NCBI GenBank assembly: GCA_973895155.1
Contig: OZ316893.1
Location: forward strand, 26,152,798 to 26,216,797
Reading direction: 5' to 3'
Source of the DNA: Marsupella aquatica
Lineage: Eukaryota; Plantae; Marchantiophyta
Length of the DNA stretch: 64,000 nucleotides
Below are positions 62,433-64,000 of the stretch, piece by piece. The notes beneath the pieces were generated by a model that saw only the letters and a program-made list of their open reading frames with translations, did not search any database and had not been told where the DNA came from. Within the stretch, counting starts at the first letter, position 1; every line of letters begins with the position of its first letter. The translations under genes and the position numbers were made by a program.

Positions 62433-64000
62433 GTCATACCTAACCTAGACGTAAGAGTAAATACCCAACACAGAGCAGTGGAGGGAATTGGCACTAAGCT
62501 TAGATGTCAAAAAGCTCTATGCACCAGTCTCGATTTCACTACACCAGTGGGTTTTTGCTGTGTAAGCAATTCTCTCCTATTGGTGCCGAAATTTCACCCT
62601 AGTACCAAATAAATGTATATGTGGATCAATACGTGGTAAGGAATCAAGAAGAGTACTATTTGTATAGAATGTTTCTTTTATAATGGGCCACAATGAGCAT
62701 CTCAAAGGGCTGTGCCTCACGAGCAACTAATTAACTGTGCTGGCTCAAATAGAGTTACCAGATGCATGCCAATTGTCAAATCTTGGCCACAGCAAAATAT
62801 TCATGGGCTTCAGGATATAGTTTCAATAACAACTAGTTGTGTTGAAATAACACTCCTTGAGTTTCTTTTTGTCAAAGAAAAAAAACAGGGTGTAAATGGC
62901 ACTCCCAGACAATTGTTTTGCAAAATAACTGAAGTCAGCATTACTGAATTTAGTACATGTAGCGCTGCACTTAACCAGGCTTAATTCCAAACCCAACTAT
63001 GATTATGTACCATAATGGTGTTGGGCGTGTAGCTAGTTAGGGTATCTCCAACCCAACCAGATTTTGTTACTGTTGCTTGATGTTGACCAAACCCCAGTCA
63101 GTAAAGAAAATGCAAAAAGTCAGCTCCAGCCCACTCATTAGAATTCTATCAGGTTTTCAGGAATAGGTTTTTTGGGTTATTGGATCTACAAGAGATTCAT
63201 GAGTTGACTGCTTCGTGGGTTTTTTGCTAGGTTTTCAAGATTTCAAATATACAGTTGTCATGCTGATACCTGTTGTTTAGAGAAATTGCCCCATTAAGGT
63301 TGGGATGCTTTTCAGTTGCTCTGATAGTACACAAGACTGTATATTGTCAGATTGGTTAATTAATGTACCCAATAAGCAAAACCTCCTTGGGTTGGAATTT
63401 TCTTATAGCATTTGGAGCATCATCCTTGACTTCTGGCCCTCGAGTCTTGTCCCATTTTTTTTGCATTTTCCCCCTGGTTGTATTTTGTTATTTGCATACA
63501 CCCTCGTATGCACTTTACTCGTGAGCTATTATACCAGGTTTTTCAGTTTAGTGTTAGGGCTTTAGTTAACTTGCCCTAGTGTGTAACTTTGATACCTTTT
63601 TGGCCTTTGGTCCGTGCTTCCCTTGTCTTCTCTCATCGTCAAACTATTGTGGGCCATCGGCTCATAACACTATTGAAGTAATAGATTTGTATCTATGGAC
63701 CTCTTTTGCTTTTACCTTTTTTTTCTTGGTTTGGCCCTTTTTAGTAAATTTCTCCTTTTCGGCTTTAATCCAAATTAAACCTCCTAGGAGGGATATACAC
63801 ACTTTTTATATACAAAGGGACCAAACAGAGTACAAAATAACAAACAAAAGAGGGCCAAAGTGGACAAAACCAAACGAAAAAGAAGTGAGCAAAAGGGAAC
63901 CACTAAACACCAAGAAAGAGGAACTAAAAGTAAGAAATGAGCAATAGGGAACCCCTAAAAACCAAGAAAGAGAGACTAAAACTAACCCAAGCGGACCGAG

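Larger units (their letters stand above)
55886..62470 (-). mobile_element. Full-length Ty1/Copia LTR retrotransposon, copy 2 (6585 bp), same family as copy 1
   Basis: LTRs 61996-62470 (5') and 55886-56342 (3'). TSD CAGAG at 55881-55885 and 62471-62475. iMet PBS at 61982-61993 and PPT present. Colinear with copy 1 at a constant offset of 48999 up to 61421. Confidence 0.98.

Noticed and set aside
55886-62470. Copia copy 2 as a segmental duplication or assembly duplicate of copy 1
   Set aside because: The TSDs and flanks differ, and there are private SNPs and a 555-bp leader difference.

Overview
Eukaryotic land-plant nuclear DNA with GT-AG introns, an iMet-primed Copia family and a plastid-type thioredoxin. 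A non-seed plant is only a guess. The first ~33 kb hold five spliced genes: RPS24, a chloroplast CGSC-type thioredoxin-like protein, an SDR42E1/3-beta-HSD-like reductase, an unknown coiled-coil protein and an unknown single-TM protein. The rest is mostly transposon-derived. Three observations stand out. (1) Two young, independently inserted full-length Ty1/Copia copies (6887-12916 and 55886-62470) both have gag and pol in one frame separated by the same single UGA followed by RNA hairpins, a candidate programmed readthrough. (2) Two copies of a ~340-bp TRIM (6518-6859 and 40952-41289) each carry a tRNA-like Pol III A/B-box cassette in both LTRs, a tRNA analogue of the 5S-carrying Cassandra elements. 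(3) The Copia U3 carries a hypervariable 18-bp array with 10 units in the 5' LTR and 9 in the 3' LTR of both copies. All alignments and exon models were made by eye, family names come from memory, and no database search was run.
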